In this document: positions 15,064-25,928 of the stretch, piece after piece
How the letters are laid out: each line of letters starts with the position of its first letter
How positions within the stretch are numbered: the stretch's first letter is position 1
Source: Bacillus subtilis subsp. subtilis str. 168
GTDB taxonomy: Bacteria > Bacillota > Bacilli > Bacillales > Bacillaceae
DNA: 32,000 nt
Assembly (NCBI RefSeq): GCF_000009045.1
Contig: NC_000964.3
Span: forward strand, 210,001 to 242,000
Direction of reading: 5' to 3'
Program-made: the position numbers and the translations under genes
The notes under the pieces: model-generated
Database searches by the model: none
What the model saw: the letters and a program-made list of their open reading frames with translations, nothing else
Told to the model about the DNA's origin: nothing

Positions 15064-16248
15064 ATGCGTCTGAATCGGCAATTTATCCGCACTCAGCTGA
15101 TTGCACAGAACATATTGAGCAAGAATGCGCCTGCCAAACGGGAGAATGCGACTGAAAATCCAGCGGCAGTTCTGGAAAAGGCATATAGCAGGCTTAAGTC
15201 ACAATCTTCAACTGGGGGAATCAATCAGTTCAATTATTCTAAAACCAGCGTGTCGGGAAACAGCGGGACGTTCAGCAAAGTGTATCAATCAGCGAATGAT
15301 CGAACAGTGACAGACACAGGGGAAGAAACAGTGATTCAATCCCAAAACCCCTATGAATCTGAGAGTGATATCAGAATCAAAATACTAGATGAAAAATACA
15401 GCAGGATGAATGCGATTAATAAAACAAAGTCTGATCCATTAGGCTATATTAAGGATAAGTACCAAAATTCAAAGTCTCCTTATTTCAGAAGTGATCTGTC
15501 AGCTGCAGAAAGACAGGCCGCTTACGATAATGAAACAGAATGGTTATTCAAAGGGAAGGCGCAAAACTATAACCTTCAGGATGCTGTGTTTCGGAATGTC
15601 ACATTTCATGGGGAAGTGGAAGCTGAGAATGAAAAGGTGTATCAGCGGGGACAGGTTAACCAGCAGCTGCAAGTACTGTTGAATCGAAACCATATTCATA
15701 TTCCAGAGGGGACAGAGCTGACGTTTACAATCACACCGATTGACTATCAGGTGCGGGTAAGCGGGACAGACGATCAGGATCTGATCAAGCAAATTGAGCA
15801 AGTGCTGCAATCTGGAGACAACAGCAAAGAACTATTTTTACACATCATGAAAAGTCAAAGCAGTGATTCAGCACAATTTTCCGAAGAGGCCTATAAAAAG
15901 TATCAGGCAGCTCGTGAGATGTATGAAGTTACAGGCTACCATTTGAAGGATTTAGAAGTGATTGATGGGCGGTACGTCACGCCTGAGGGACGTGACTTAA
16001 TGGATGTATATAAGGAAGAGCTTGAAAAAGATCCAGTGCAGAAACAAACGGCTTCTTATGCTATATCTTACTATCGTTCAGAGCTCAGTAAAATCGCGGA
16101 AGCCGGGTATAATGCCATTCCGGATTTCATCCTATCAATTGATTACAGCAATGGATCTCTGAGAGATGTGGGACAAAGCAAGAGCTATGGGACCGGAGAT
16201 ACCGGGTGGCTTGAAGCATTAAAGCGTCAAACGGGTGTGAATTATTAG
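15064..16248 (+). CDS. ybdO: uncharacterised soluble protein (394 aa)
   Basis: GGGAGGG SD (15051-15057) precedes ATG 15064. The ORF track's upstream start at 14995 has no SD. Confidence 0.85.
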   Translation: MRLNRQFIRTQLIAQNILSKNAPAKRENATENPAAVLEKAYSRLKSQSSTGGINQFNYSKTSVSGNSGTFSKVYQSANDRTVTDTGEETVIQSQNPYESESDIRIKILDEKYSRMNAINKTKSDPLGYIKDKYQNSKSPYFRSDLSAAERQAAYDNETEWLFKGKAQNYNLQDAVFRNVTFHGEVEAENEKVYQRGQVNQQLQVLLNRNHIHIPEGTELTFTITPIDYQVRVSGTDDQDLIKQIEQVLQSGDNSKELFLHIMKSQSSDSAQFSEEAYKKYQAAREMYEVTGYHLKDLEVIDGRYVTPEGRDLMDVYKEELEKDPVQKQTASYAISYYRSELSKIAEAGYNAIPDFILSIDYSNGSLRDVGQSKSYGTGDTGWLEALKRQTGVNY

Positions 16249-16249
16249 G

Positions 16250-16280
16250 TAAGCTGTTCATGTAGGACAGCTTATTTTTT
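16250..16280 (+). terminator. rho-independent terminator of ybdO
   Basis: taagctgt (16250-16257) pairs with acagctta (16267-16274), then T6. Confidence 0.75.
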
Positions 16281-16403
16281 ATGAGAATCTAAGGGGTGAA
16301 TTAATCCCAATATTCAAATAATTTTATTATTTTTATATAAAAGATTTTAAAAGAAGTGAACGATTCAAAACTCTGAACAAAGGTGTTTACCTGAAAAAAA
16401 CAA

Positions 16404-16432
16404 TTGTATTTTCCAGAGAAATTTATTATGAT
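16404..16432 (+). promoter_or_regulatory. candidate sigma-A promoter of ybxG
   Basis: TTGTAT 16404-16409, 17-nt spacer, TATGAT 16427-16432. Confidence 0.3.
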
Positions 16433-16565
16433 GAAATAAGTAATTTAGGAGATTATATAACAATTTTAAGTTTGAATTTTCTGATTGTTATCACTGATTC
16501 ATGTGAAGGCAAGCAGGTCTGCTGTTTTCTCATTTATGAGTATTTTGTTAGGAGGAGGAAGAGGA

Positions 16566-17954
16566 GTGGCAAATAAAGAATTAAAGAGGGGCCTGGGCGC
16601 GCGCCATATTCAGATGATCGCCTTGGGCGGTACAATCGGTGTTGGCTTGTTTATGGGTTCTGCCAGCACGATTTCATGGACTGGCCCATCTGTCCTTCTG
16701 GCTTATGCAATATGCGGAATTTTTATCTTTTTTATTATGCGTGCGATGGGTGAAATGCTGTATGTCGAGCCGAGCACAGGTTCTTTTGCGACGTTCGGCC
16801 ATCAATATATTCATCCGATGGCAGGTTATATAACAGCATGGAGCAACTGGTTCCAGTGGATTATCGTCGGCATGTCAGAAATTATCGCTGTCGGTTCTTA
16901 TACGAAGTATTGGTTCCCGGATTTGCCTGCTTGGATACCTGGTATCGTGGCAATGGTGATTCTTGGTGCGGCGAATTTAATTTCTGTTAAGTCGTTTGGG
17001 GAATTTGAGTTTTGGTTTGCGATGATTAAAATCGTGACGATTATCTTGATGATTATTGCGGGAATCGGAATTATTTTCTTCGGTTTTGGCAATGGCGGAG
17101 ATGCGATCGGTTTGTCGAACCTGTGGTCTCACGGGGGCTTCTTTGCAGGAGGTTTCTCAGGTTTCTTCTTTGCACTGTCTCTTGTCATTGCAGCCTATCA
17201 AGGAGTTGAGCTGATCGGGATTACAGCGGGTGAAGCGAAGGACCCGCAAAACACGCTAAGAAATGCGATTCAAAGTATTATCTGGCGTATTTTGATTTTC
17301 TACATTGGCGCTATTTTTGTGATCGTGACGGTGTATCCTTGGGATGAGCTCAACTCACTCGGAAGTCCGTTTGTGTCTACGTTCTCGAAAATTGGAATTA
17401 CGGCAGCGGCCGGCATTATTAACTTTGTCGTGATTACTGCGGCAATGTCCGGCTGTAACAGCGGTATTTTCAGCGCGGGCCGCATGCTGTATACACTGGG
17501 TGTCAATGGACAAGCACCGAAATTCTTTAAGAAGATTTCACGCAATGGTGTGCCGCTGTATGGCACAATTGCGGTGCTGATCGGTTTGGCTGTCGGCGTT
17601 GTACTGAACTATATCGCGCCGCCGAAGATCTTTGTCTATGTATACAGCGCAAGCGTGCTCCCAGGGATGATTCCTTGGTTTATCATTTTGATCAGCCATA
17701 TCGGATTCAGAAAAGCGAAGGGTGCTGCATTAGATAAACATCCATTCAAAATGCCGTTTGCTCCTTTTACAAACTATTTGACGATTGCTTTCTTGCTGAT
17801 GGTTCTGGTTGGCATGTGGTTTAACGATGATACTCGTATCTCCCTGATTGTAGGCGTGATTTTCTTAGCGCTTGTGGTCATTAGTTATTATGTGTTTGGG
17901 ATTGGCAAACGCACGCAGGCCAATTTGACAAAAAGCGAACAAGCAGCTGAATAA
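16566..17954 (+). CDS. ybxG: APC-superfamily amino-acid permease (462 aa from GTG)
   Basis: AGGAGGAGGAAGAGGA runs up to GTG 16566. The conserved N-terminus [19 protein letters not shown] follows. Confidence 0.9.
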   Translation: MANKELKRGLGARHIQMIALGGTIGVGLFMGSASTISWTGPSVLLAYAICGIFIFFIMRAMGEMLYVEPSTGSFATFGHQYIHPMAGYITAWSNWFQWIIVGMSEIIAVGSYTKYWFPDLPAWIPGIVAMVILGAANLISVKSFGEFEFWFAMIKIVTIILMIIAGIGIIFFGFGNGGDAIGLSNLWSHGGFFAGGFSGFFFALSLVIAAYQGVELIGITAGEAKDPQNTLRNAIQSIIWRILIFYIGAIFVIVTVYPWDELNSLGSPFVSTFSKIGITAAAGIINFVVITAAMSGCNSGIFSAGRMLYTLGVNGQAPKFFKKISRNGVPLYGTIAVLIGLAVGVVLNYIAPPKIFVYVYSASVLPGMIPWFIILISHIGFRKAKGAALDKHPFKMPFAPFTNYLTIAFLLMVLVGMWFNDDTRISLIVGVIFLALVVISYYVFGIGKRTQANLTKSEQAAE

Positions 17955-17963
17955 CGATAAAAA

Positions 17964-17991
17964 AGAGACATTCACGGATGTCTCTTTTTTT
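17964..17991 (+). terminator. rho-independent terminator of ybxG
   Basis: agagacat (17964-17971) pairs with atgtctct (17978-17985), then T7. Confidence 0.8.
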
Positions 17992-18000
17992 ATTTTTCGC

Positions 18001-18029
18001 GTATGGATTTTCCCTATTTTAGCAAGCTA
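18001..18029 (+). promoter_or_regulatory. candidate forespore (sigma-G-type) promoter of csgA
   Basis: GTATG, 17-nt spacer, CAAGCTA loosely fits GnATr-N17/18-CAtnnTA. csgA is known to be sigma-G controlled. Confidence 0.3.
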
Positions 18030-18065
18030 TAGGGTAAAGATAGCAGAAGGAAAGGTGTTCATAAA

Positions 18066-18314
18066 ATGGATGTTACACTCGGTTATTTGCGCGAATCACT
18101 TTCGAATCATCTAGAAAATGAAGTCTGCCAGCGTATTTGCAAGAAGATGCTGGCGAAGCGTTATGCAAATGAAGAGGAATTTGTAAAAGACTTAGATGAT
18201 AATGAAATGTCTTTTTTGAACCATGTATTAGAAAAAGAAATTAAGTATGCCCAGAATGAACAGGATCAAAAACGGGCCAAGGAATTAAACGAGGTGTATG
18301 AATTACTGCTTTGA
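18066..18314 (+). CDS. csgA: sigma-G-controlled sporulation protein (82 aa)
   Basis: GGAAAGGTG SD. Sequence recognised as CsgA. Confidence 0.85.
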   Translation: MDVTLGYLRESLSNHLENEVCQRICKKMLAKRYANEEEFVKDLDDNEMSFLNHVLEKEIKYAQNEQDQKRAKELNEVYELLL

Positions 18315-18330
18315 GAAAGGCGGGTAAGAA

Positions 18331-18522
18331 ATGGGAGCAATTGAACGAAGCGGATATACATTTCAGCCGGAGTTTAGCGTTGTCCGTCAAAACGGAGCCA
18401 TCCATGTGTACCATCAAGGAGAATTTGTGGAAGAAATCGAATTTGAATTTAACGGGGAATATCCCGATCATGATTTGATTGAAGAGCTTGTGAATCATTA
18501 TTGTTTTGAGCATGAGATTTAG
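18331..18522 (+). CDS. ybxH: small uncharacterised protein (63 aa), probably co-transcribed with csgA
   Basis: Starts 16 nt after the csgA stop with a weak SD (AGGCGGG). Followed directly by a terminator. Confidence 0.75.
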   Translation: MGAIERSGYTFQPEFSVVRQNGAIHVYHQGEFVEEIEFEFNGEYPDHDLIEELVNHYCFEHEI

Positions 18523-18550
18523 AGCCCTGCCGTGCAGGGCTCTTTTATTT
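18521..18550 (+). terminator. rho-independent terminator of csgA-ybxH; the hairpin is shared with convergent ybxI
   Basis: agagccctgc (18521-18530) pairs with gcagggctct (18534-18543), then TTTTATTT. Confidence 0.8.
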
Positions 18551-19352
18551 AGGATGTAATCAGGCCATACTTTTTCAGGATATCCACGGTGATGTTTTTG
18601 GCTTTTGTGCCGGAATCATCGACATTGGTGACAAAGACATAAGAGCCATGCTCTGTTTTGATGAATCCGACAAACCATCCTAATCCCATATCAGTCAGGC
18701 GGGTTCCGGTTTTCCCGTAGAGCGTGTAATGATCGCCTTCCTCTTGAATCATCATGCGCTTGACGATTTTCATCACCGGCTTGTCAAATGGAAGCTCCTC
18801 TTTAGCCAGTTTCTCCAAAAAAGTTTCTTGTTCCAGCGGAGATATTGTGAGCGAGCTTTGCAGCCAAAACTGGTCGATTCCCCCGCTGATATCCTCGTTG
18901 CCGTAAGATAGAGTATGAAGCCATGTTTTCATTCTTTCCTCGCCGATATCTCTCGCTAATGCCTGATAATACCAGATTGCGGATTCGCGCATGGCCGAGC
19001 CAAGCGTATGGTCGCGGTTCCATGATTCGAATTCACGCTTGACCCCGTCCCATCGTTTAACATCGTATTCATCTCTTACAGCTTTGACCTGCAAACCGAT
19101 TAAAGCGTTCACGACTTTAAAGGTGGATTGCGGAGTTTGTCTTTGATTTGCCCGTTTTCTGTTATAGACAAATGTCTGATCCTTTTGTAAATCGTGAAGA
19201 ATGAAGGTTCCATCCGTATCCTTGAATTCATCATCGACATTCATTTTGCTGACATTCAAGTGTTTTTCATGAGCAGATGATGCTGCGTGGACGGAGAAGC
19301 CGCCGATCCCTGCAATACTCAGCACAAGCACAACATATATCCATTTTTTCAT
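18549..19352 (-). CDS. ybxI: class D (OXA-type) beta-lactamase / BlaR-sensor-like penicillin-binding protein (267 aa)
   Basis: Signal peptide. Active-site STFK, YGN and KTG motifs in the class D order. Confidence 0.9.
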   Translation of the reverse strand: MKKWIYVVLVLSIAGIGGFSVHAASSAHEKHLNVSKMNVDDEFKDTDGTFILHDLQKDQTFVYNRKRANQRQTPQSTFKVVNALIGLQVKAVRDEYDVKRWDGVKREFESWNRDHTLGSAMRESAIWYYQALARDIGEERMKTWLHTLSYGNEDISGGIDQFWLQSSLTISPLEQETFLEKLAKEELPFDKPVMKIVKRMMIQEEGDHYTLYGKTGTRLTDMGLGWFVGFIKTEHGSYVFVTNVDDSGTKAKNITVDILKKYGLITS

Positions 19353-19503
19353 TTTGTTCTCCCCTTCGTTTTGATTAACTACCTTTTCTCTCTTTCGTTT
19401 GTTCTTCCTTTAAAAAATAATCAAAAAGCGCTTAAATTTGGTTTTGCAAACAAATACTGTTACTGGGTTTATAGTCGGAAGATAACGTGAAAATAGAGGG
19501 TAA

Positions 19504-20778
<1,275 letters not shown>

Positions 20779-20782
20779 ATTA

Positions 20783-20816
20783 AAAAGCTCTCTTCCTTTA
20801 TCGAAGAGAGCTTTTT
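20783..20816. terminator. bidirectional terminator between cypC and ybyB
   Basis: aaaagctctcttc (20783-20795) pairs with gaagagagctttt (20803-20815). The A/T runs serve both strands. Confidence 0.8.
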
Positions 20817-20818
20817 GA

Positions 20819-21079
20819 TTACTTCTTTTTTTCATCGTAGTATTGGACGGGATACATGGAGCCTTCTGATACCATTTTGTTGTCCTCGATATCTTGCGGG
20901 TCCGGGTGGCCGGCTTTATCAACTGGGAACGTTTCCATGTCTGGCTGTTTTGTTATTTTCATCTTCATGCTGTGAATGAATTCTCTTGCCTTTTGGCGAT
21001 TTGACGGGTCTTTTAATAGATAAGAAGTGATGCCGACAGTTGAAACAGCGAGACCTGAAAGTAACAGCTTTTGTTTCAT
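20819..21079 (-). CDS. ybyB: small protein with an N-terminal hydrophobic segment (86 aa)
   Basis: AAAGGAG SD on the minus strand upstream of the ATG. Synteny. Confidence 0.75.
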   Translation of the reverse strand: MKQKLLLSGLAVSTVGITSYLLKDPSNRQKAREFIHSMKMKITKQPDMETFPVDKAGHPDPQDIEDNKMVSEGSMYPVQYYDEKKK

Positions 21080-21347
21080 GGTGATACTCCTTTCTATTTT
21101 AAGAATAGTGTTTCCTGTATCATTCCCGTTTTGGAAATTGCTAAACCTGTTGTGTTTTTATCATTGGAATTAACAGTAAATTCCATTTAAGAAGAAACTA
21201 GTGACTTCATTCCTGTATTGGAAGGTAATATACATTGACTTATTATAGATTTCAGTCAAAATTCGATAAATATTGACAAAGTAAAGTAATCAGAATAATA
21301 ATATAATTAGCAAGAGAATGTCATCATACATGAAAGGTGTTTACGAT

Positions 21348-22967
21348 ATGAATCAATTGCATCGAAGAATGGGAACGTTTTCCCTCATGATGGTCGGGCT
21401 CGGGTCGATGATCGGTTCAGGCTGGCTGTTCGGGGCTTGGCGTGCGGCTCAAATAGCAGGACCAGCTGCTATTATTTCATGGGTTATTGGAATGGTCGTC
21501 ATTTTATTTATTGCTCTTTCTTATAGTGAACTAGGTTCTATGTTCCCTGAAGCGGGGGGAATGGTCAAATACACGCAATATTCACACGGTTCGTTTATCG
21601 GTTTTATTGCGGGCTGGGCCAACTGGATTGCGATTGTGTCCGTCATTCCGGTTGAAGCGGTGGCCTCCGTTCAATATATGAGTTCTTGGCCTTGGGAATG
21701 GGCGAAATGGACAAGCGGTTTGGTGAAGAATGGAACGCTGACTGGGGAAGGACTAGCGTTTGCCTCTGTATTGCTTCTCATTTATTTTCTGCTGAACTAC
21801 TGGACAGTCAATCTATTTTCGAAAGCGAATTCATTAATTACGATTTTTAAAATTATTATTCCGGGTCTTACGATTGGAGCTTTGCTGTTTGTCGGATTCC
21901 ACGGAGAAAACTTTACTGGCGGTCAAAGCATTGCGCCGAATGGCTGGGCAAGTGTGCTGACGGCGGTTGCCACTTCCGGTATCGTTTTTGCGTTTAATGG
22001 TTTCCAAAGCCCGATTAATATGGCGGGTGAAGCAAAAAATCCGGGGAAATCAATCCCGATTGCGGTTGTTGGCTCTCTTTTTGTTGCGACAGTGATTTAT
22101 GTCCTGCTGCAGATCGCCTTCATTGGAGCTGTGAATCCTTCTGATATTGCTCACGGCTGGAGCCATCTGAATTTTAATTCTCCTTTTGCTGATCTGGCGA
22201 TTGCGCTGAATATTAACTGGCTTGTTATTGTGTTATATGCAGATGCATTTGTATCACCGTCTGGAACGGGGATTACGTATACGGCGACAACGTCCCGAAT
22301 GATTTACGGAATGGAAAAAAACAAATACATGCCGAGTATATTCGGGAAGCTTCATCCGATTTACGGCGTTCCGCGACAAGCAATGTTCTTTAACTTGATT
22401 GTTTCGTTCATCTTTTTGTTCCTGTTCAGAGGATGGGGCGTATTAGCGGAAATTATTTCTGTTGCTACGTTAATTTCTTATATCACCGGCCCGATCACAG
22501 TGATGACATTGAGACGGACGGGGAAAGACCTGTACAGGCCTCTTCGTTTAAAAGGCTTAAATGTGATTGCTCCGCTTGGATTTATCTTTGCGTCACTGGT
22601 GCTGTATTGGGCGCGCTGGCCGTTAACAGGACAGGTTCTGTTTATTATCCTGATCGGTCTTCCGATTTATTTCTATTATCAGGCGAAGGCGAAATGGAAA
22701 GGGTTTGGCCGGAACTTTAAAGCCGGCGTCTGGATGGTGTTTTATCTGCTGGCCATGATGGTTATTTCTTATTTGGGCAGTGATAAATTCGGCGGCCTGA
22801 ATGTCATTCATTATGGCTGGGATATGGTTCTGATTGCGATGGTATCCCTTGTATTCTATGTGTGGGCGCTGAAGAGCGGCTACCAGACAGAATACTTAAA
22901 GGATGCGAAAGAGATAAATTCTCAGCTGCTTAATGGACAGTCAGAAGCTGCTGCCGGAAAAGAATAA
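21348..22967 (+). CDS. ybeC: APC-superfamily amino-acid importer (539 aa; YbeC, renamed AimA, Glu/Ser uptake)
   Basis: GAAAGGTG SD lies 8 nt upstream of ATG 21348; the ORF-track start at 21318 lacks one. Polytopic membrane protein. Confidence 0.88.
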   Translation: MNQLHRRMGTFSLMMVGLGSMIGSGWLFGAWRAAQIAGPAAIISWVIGMVVILFIALSYSELGSMFPEAGGMVKYTQYSHGSFIGFIAGWANWIAIVSVIPVEAVASVQYMSSWPWEWAKWTSGLVKNGTLTGEGLAFASVLLLIYFLLNYWTVNLFSKANSLITIFKIIIPGLTIGALLFVGFHGENFTGGQSIAPNGWASVLTAVATSGIVFAFNGFQSPINMAGEAKNPGKSIPIAVVGSLFVATVIYVLLQIAFIGAVNPSDIAHGWSHLNFNSPFADLAIALNINWLVIVLYADAFVSPSGTGITYTATTSRMIYGMEKNKYMPSIFGKLHPIYGVPRQAMFFNLIVSFIFLFLFRGWGVLAEIISVATLISYITGPITVMTLRRTGKDLYRPLRLKGLNVIAPLGFIFASLVLYWARWPLTGQVLFIILIGLPIYFYYQAKAKWKGFGRNFKAGVWMVFYLLAMMVISYLGSDKFGGLNVIHYGWDMVLIAMVSLVFYVWALKSGYQTEYLKDAKEINSQLLNGQSEAAAGKE

Positions 22968-22976
22968 AATATAGAA

Positions 22977-23010
22977 GAAAACCTTGCGATAGTTGTCGCA
23001 AGGTTTTTTG
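22977..23010. terminator. bidirectional terminator between ybeC and glpQ
   Basis: accttgcga (22981-22989) pairs with tcgcaaggt (22996-23004), flanked by an A-run and T6. Confidence 0.8.
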
Positions 23011-23013
23011 CTT

Positions 23014-23895
23014 TTAATAACCCTTTTTTACTTTGTGGAAAAGATCAGGATAGTTGGTGAACACTCCTGTTACGCCCCAATCAAGCAGGCGATGCATATC
23101 AGCTTCATTATTGACTGTGTAAGGATGAAGCAGGAGGCCGTGGCTGCGGATCATACGGACGTTTTCTTGATTTAAAGCTTTATAATCCGGGCCCGCACCG
23201 ACAGCGTATGTTTTGATTTCTTCCAGGGCAGCATCTGTCATTGACGCCATTTGTTTGGCTTCCAGCAATTGAACGGTCGGCAGGTTTGGCTGTAATTGAT
23301 GGACTTTTACCAGGCTTTCTTTGCTGAACGATTGAATGATCACCTGGCCTGGCTTAGAATGCTTTCCCAGTAATTTATGTTTCTGCAAAGAAGCGATCAG
23401 TTTTTCTTCCATACCTGGGTAGGTGTCAGGCGATTTTGTTTCAATGTAGTAGTTCGCGTGCTTTCCGAAACGGTCTAATACCTCTTCTAATGTAGGAACT
23501 TTAAGGCCGACGTACTGCGGCTTTGCTTTTTCCGGATAGGCTTCATTAAACCAAGAACCGGCGTCAAGCTTCTTAATGTCTGCGAGCGTATGGTCTTTCA
23601 CCCAACCCATTCCGTTTGTGGTGCGGTCCAGTTTTTCGTCATGCATGACAATCAATTTTCCGTCTTTTGTCATTTGCAGATCCAATTCAATAAAATCAGC
23701 TTTCATTTTCTGAGCGGTTTCGTAAGACAGAATCGTGTGCTCAGGCACATATCCAGAAGCCCCTCTGTGCGCGACGGTCAGGATACGGTCAGGTGACAGC
23801 AGGTTTCCTTTTGACGCTGCCGACACTGGCGTTACCATAAATGAGAGTAAGCCCAGCGACAGAACAAACAAGGCCAGTATTCTATTTTTTCTCAT
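23014..23895 (-). CDS. glpQ: secreted glycerophosphodiester phosphodiesterase (293 aa)
   Basis: Signal peptide. GDPD motif HRGASGYVPEHT. AAGGAGGAG SD. Confidence 0.93.
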   Translation of the reverse strand: MRKNRILALFVLSLGLLSFMVTPVSAASKGNLLSPDRILTVAHRGASGYVPEHTILSYETAQKMKADFIELDLQMTKDGKLIVMHDEKLDRTTNGMGWVKDHTLADIKKLDAGSWFNEAYPEKAKPQYVGLKVPTLEEVLDRFGKHANYYIETKSPDTYPGMEEKLIASLQKHKLLGKHSKPGQVIIQSFSKESLVKVHQLQPNLPTVQLLEAKQMASMTDAALEEIKTYAVGAGPDYKALNQENVRMIRSHGLLLHPYTVNNEADMHRLLDWGVTGVFTNYPDLFHKVKKGY

Positions 23896-23993
23896 GATTT
23901 CTCCTCCTTATAGATAAGCACTACCTGTCTTTCATAATAAAAAACGGATGTAAACGGCGTGTTGGAAAACTATTAATCTTTTATGTGTCTTTC

Positions 23994-25328
23994 TTAAACA
24001 TGCTCTGCCCGTTTTCCTGTATTCCACGTCAAAGCCAAGAAGACGATGGCAAGAATGCAGGATGAGATCAGCATGATAAAGCCGCCGTTCCAGTTAAAAC
24101 GGTCCACGACAAAGCCCATAATGGCGTTTGCGAAGGCGGATCCGCCGATGTATCCGAAAAATCCGGTCAAACCGGCTGCAGTTCCGGCTGCTTTTTTCGG
24201 TGCTAGGTCAATTGCTTGAAGGCCGATCAGCATAACAGGTCCGTAGATTAAGAAGCCAATGCTGATCAGGGCGATATTGTCCACGAGCGGATTGCCGGCC
24301 GGATTCAGCCAGTACACCAATACGGCAATGAAAACACCCGCCATAAACAAAACGCCTGCCGGTGCCCGGCGGCTTTTGAAGAATCGGTCACTGATCCAGC
24401 CGCACAAGATCGTTCCCGGTATGCCTGCGTATTCGTAAAGAAAATACGACCAGCGTGAGTCTTCAGGAGAAAAGCCTTTGGCTTCTGTTAAGTAAGTAGG
24501 CGCCCAGTCAACCACGCCGTATCGCACGAAATAAACAAATACATTGGCAAAAGCGATGTACCAAAGAAATTTGTTGTTCAGCACATATTGAAAAAGAATT
24601 TCTTTTGTTGTTAATTCTTTTTCCTGATTTTTAAAAGCGTGTTTTGGATAGTCATTCCGATACTCTTCAATTGGCGGGAGTCCGCAGGATTGAGGCGTAT
24701 CACGAACCAATAAAACAATTAAAAATGAAATGATAATGGCGATGATGGCAGGGAAGAAAAACACGCTTTTCCAAGTGACGAACATCGCGATCCCAAGAGT
24801 GACAAGCGGAGCAAGAATACCGCCGCCTATGTTATGGGCGACATTCCAGATCGACATTTTTGTGCCGCGTTCACTTATGGAGAACCAATGGGCCATCGTC
24901 CTGCCGCATGGCGGCCAGCCCATTCCTTGAAACCATCCGTTGATAAACATAAAAATAAACATGATGGTGACGCTCGAAGTCACCCAAGGCATTGAAACGA
25001 ATAGAATATTAACGATTGCTGATAAAAATAGGCCTGTCGCCAGAAAATATCTCGGATTACAGCGGTCAGACACCATTCCCATGATGAATTTGCTGAAGCC
25101 GTACGCAATGGACACAGCGGCCAGCACCAAACCCAGTTCTGTTTTCGAAAATCCCTGTTCCTGCAGATAAGGAATGGCAAAGGCAAAGTTTTTCCGCAGC
25201 AGGTAGTAGCCTGCGTAGCCAATGAAAATACCAATGAATACTTGCAGTCTGAGCCGTTTGTATGCCGCATCCATCTTTGAATCATCCAGTCTCTCAATAT
25301 GAGGAGCCGGTTTAAATATATTAAGCAT
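23994..25328 (-). CDS. glpT: glycerol-3-phosphate/phosphate antiporter, MFS (444 aa)
   Basis: Sequence recognised as GlpT. 12-TM MFS. AAAGGGGG SD. Confidence 0.93.
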   Translation of the reverse strand: MLNIFKPAPHIERLDDSKMDAAYKRLRLQVFIGIFIGYAGYYLLRKNFAFAIPYLQEQGFSKTELGLVLAAVSIAYGFSKFIMGMVSDRCNPRYFLATGLFLSAIVNILFVSMPWVTSSVTIMFIFMFINGWFQGMGWPPCGRTMAHWFSISERGTKMSIWNVAHNIGGGILAPLVTLGIAMFVTWKSVFFFPAIIAIIISFLIVLLVRDTPQSCGLPPIEEYRNDYPKHAFKNQEKELTTKEILFQYVLNNKFLWYIAFANVFVYFVRYGVVDWAPTYLTEAKGFSPEDSRWSYFLYEYAGIPGTILCGWISDRFFKSRRAPAGVLFMAGVFIAVLVYWLNPAGNPLVDNIALISIGFLIYGPVMLIGLQAIDLAPKKAAGTAAGLTGFFGYIGGSAFANAIMGFVVDRFNWNGGFIMLISSCILAIVFLALTWNTGKRAEHV

Positions 25329-25383
25329 TAATAATTATCCCCCTTTGCTGTTTGTGCTGGATGTGTGGCGTGCCTCCTTTCCC

Positions 25384-25441
25384 GAAAAACAAAAAGAGCC
25401 AGAAAACACCCCTTGTCAAAAGGGGTTGGATTCCTGGCTCT
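25384..25441 (-). terminator. leader terminator upstream of glpT (target of GlpP antitermination)
   Basis: Outer stem agagccag (25395-25402) / ctggctct (25434-25441). Inner stem cacccctt / aaggggtt. On the minus strand it is followed by TTTTTGTTTTT. It lies between the candidate promoter and the glpT start. Confidence 0.7.
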
Positions 25442-25472
25442 CCTCATCTCCATCCAAGCTATTAACTTATCA

Positions 25473-25486
25473 TGATAGCGCTTTCT
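25473..25486. promoter_or_regulatory. cre-like (CcpA) site in the glpT promoter-proximal region
   Basis: TGATAGCGCTTTCT versus consensus TGNAANCGNWNNCW: one mismatch. Confidence 0.4.
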
Positions 25487-25487
25487 T

Positions 25488-25516
25488 AAATTATCATAGT
25501 CCGGAGCGAATGTAAA
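25488..25516 (-). promoter_or_regulatory. candidate glpTQ promoter
   Basis: On the minus strand: TTTACA (plus-strand 25511-25516), 17-nt spacer, TAATTT (25488-25493). Confidence 0.4.
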
Positions 25517-25624
25517 CGGGTAATTTTCAAATTGGGCCTTAGGGAAGTGAATATTATCCTTTTACTAAATGCAATTATATTTTTTTACTAGTAACATAAA
25601 AATCTGGAGGGAGGCTGTTTAAAG

Positions 25625-25873
25625 ATGGATGAATTAGATATCGCATTCTTTATTTTACCGTTAGGAATTATGCTGCTATCGATTGTCGGGACCTGTATTT
25701 GTAAAAACCCGTATCTGATGCCAATGCTTAGTTTGGTGATTTCTCTTGTGCTCACCTTTACCATTTTTAATCAATCATTTTTGGGATGGGCTGTTGTCTA
25801 TAGCTTGGTTTCTCTGGCTTTATCCTATATCACATTGATTGTGGTAAGGAAAAGGAAGGAATCAGGAAATTAA
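25625..25873 (+). CDS. ybeF: small integral membrane protein (82 aa, 3 hydrophobic segments)
   Basis: GGAGGGAGG SD upstream of the ATG. Confidence 0.8.
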   Translation: MDELDIAFFILPLGIMLLSIVGTCICKNPYLMPMLSLVISLVLTFTIFNQSFLGWAVVYSLVSLALSYITLIVVRKRKESGN

Positions 25874-25898
25874 AAAGACCTCACTTTCTAACATATCG

Positions 25899-25928
25899 TT
25901 GACTAAAGCAACTATATGTGATTATAAT
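25899..25928 (+). promoter_or_regulatory. sigma-A promoter of ybfA-ybfB embedded in a long inverted repeat
   Basis: TTGACT 25899-25904, 18-nt spacer, TATAAT 25923-25928. Both hexamers lie inside or at the edge of the arms 25882-25911 and 25928-25955. Confidence 0.6.

Noticed and set aside
14820-15092. 90-aa minus-strand ORF across the ybdN-ybdO intergenic region
   Set aside because: It overlaps the 5' ends of both real genes and their control region, and has no SD. Likely spurious.
16485-16565. 27-codon N-terminal extension of ybxG from TTG 16485
   Set aside because: No SD precedes the TTG. A very strong AGGAGGAGGAAGAGGA immediately precedes GTG 16566, and the conserved permease N-terminus begins there.
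18241-18513. 90-aa minus-strand ORF antisense to csgA-ybxH
   Set aside because: It overlaps two plus-strand genes that have SDs and a terminator, and there is no independent support.
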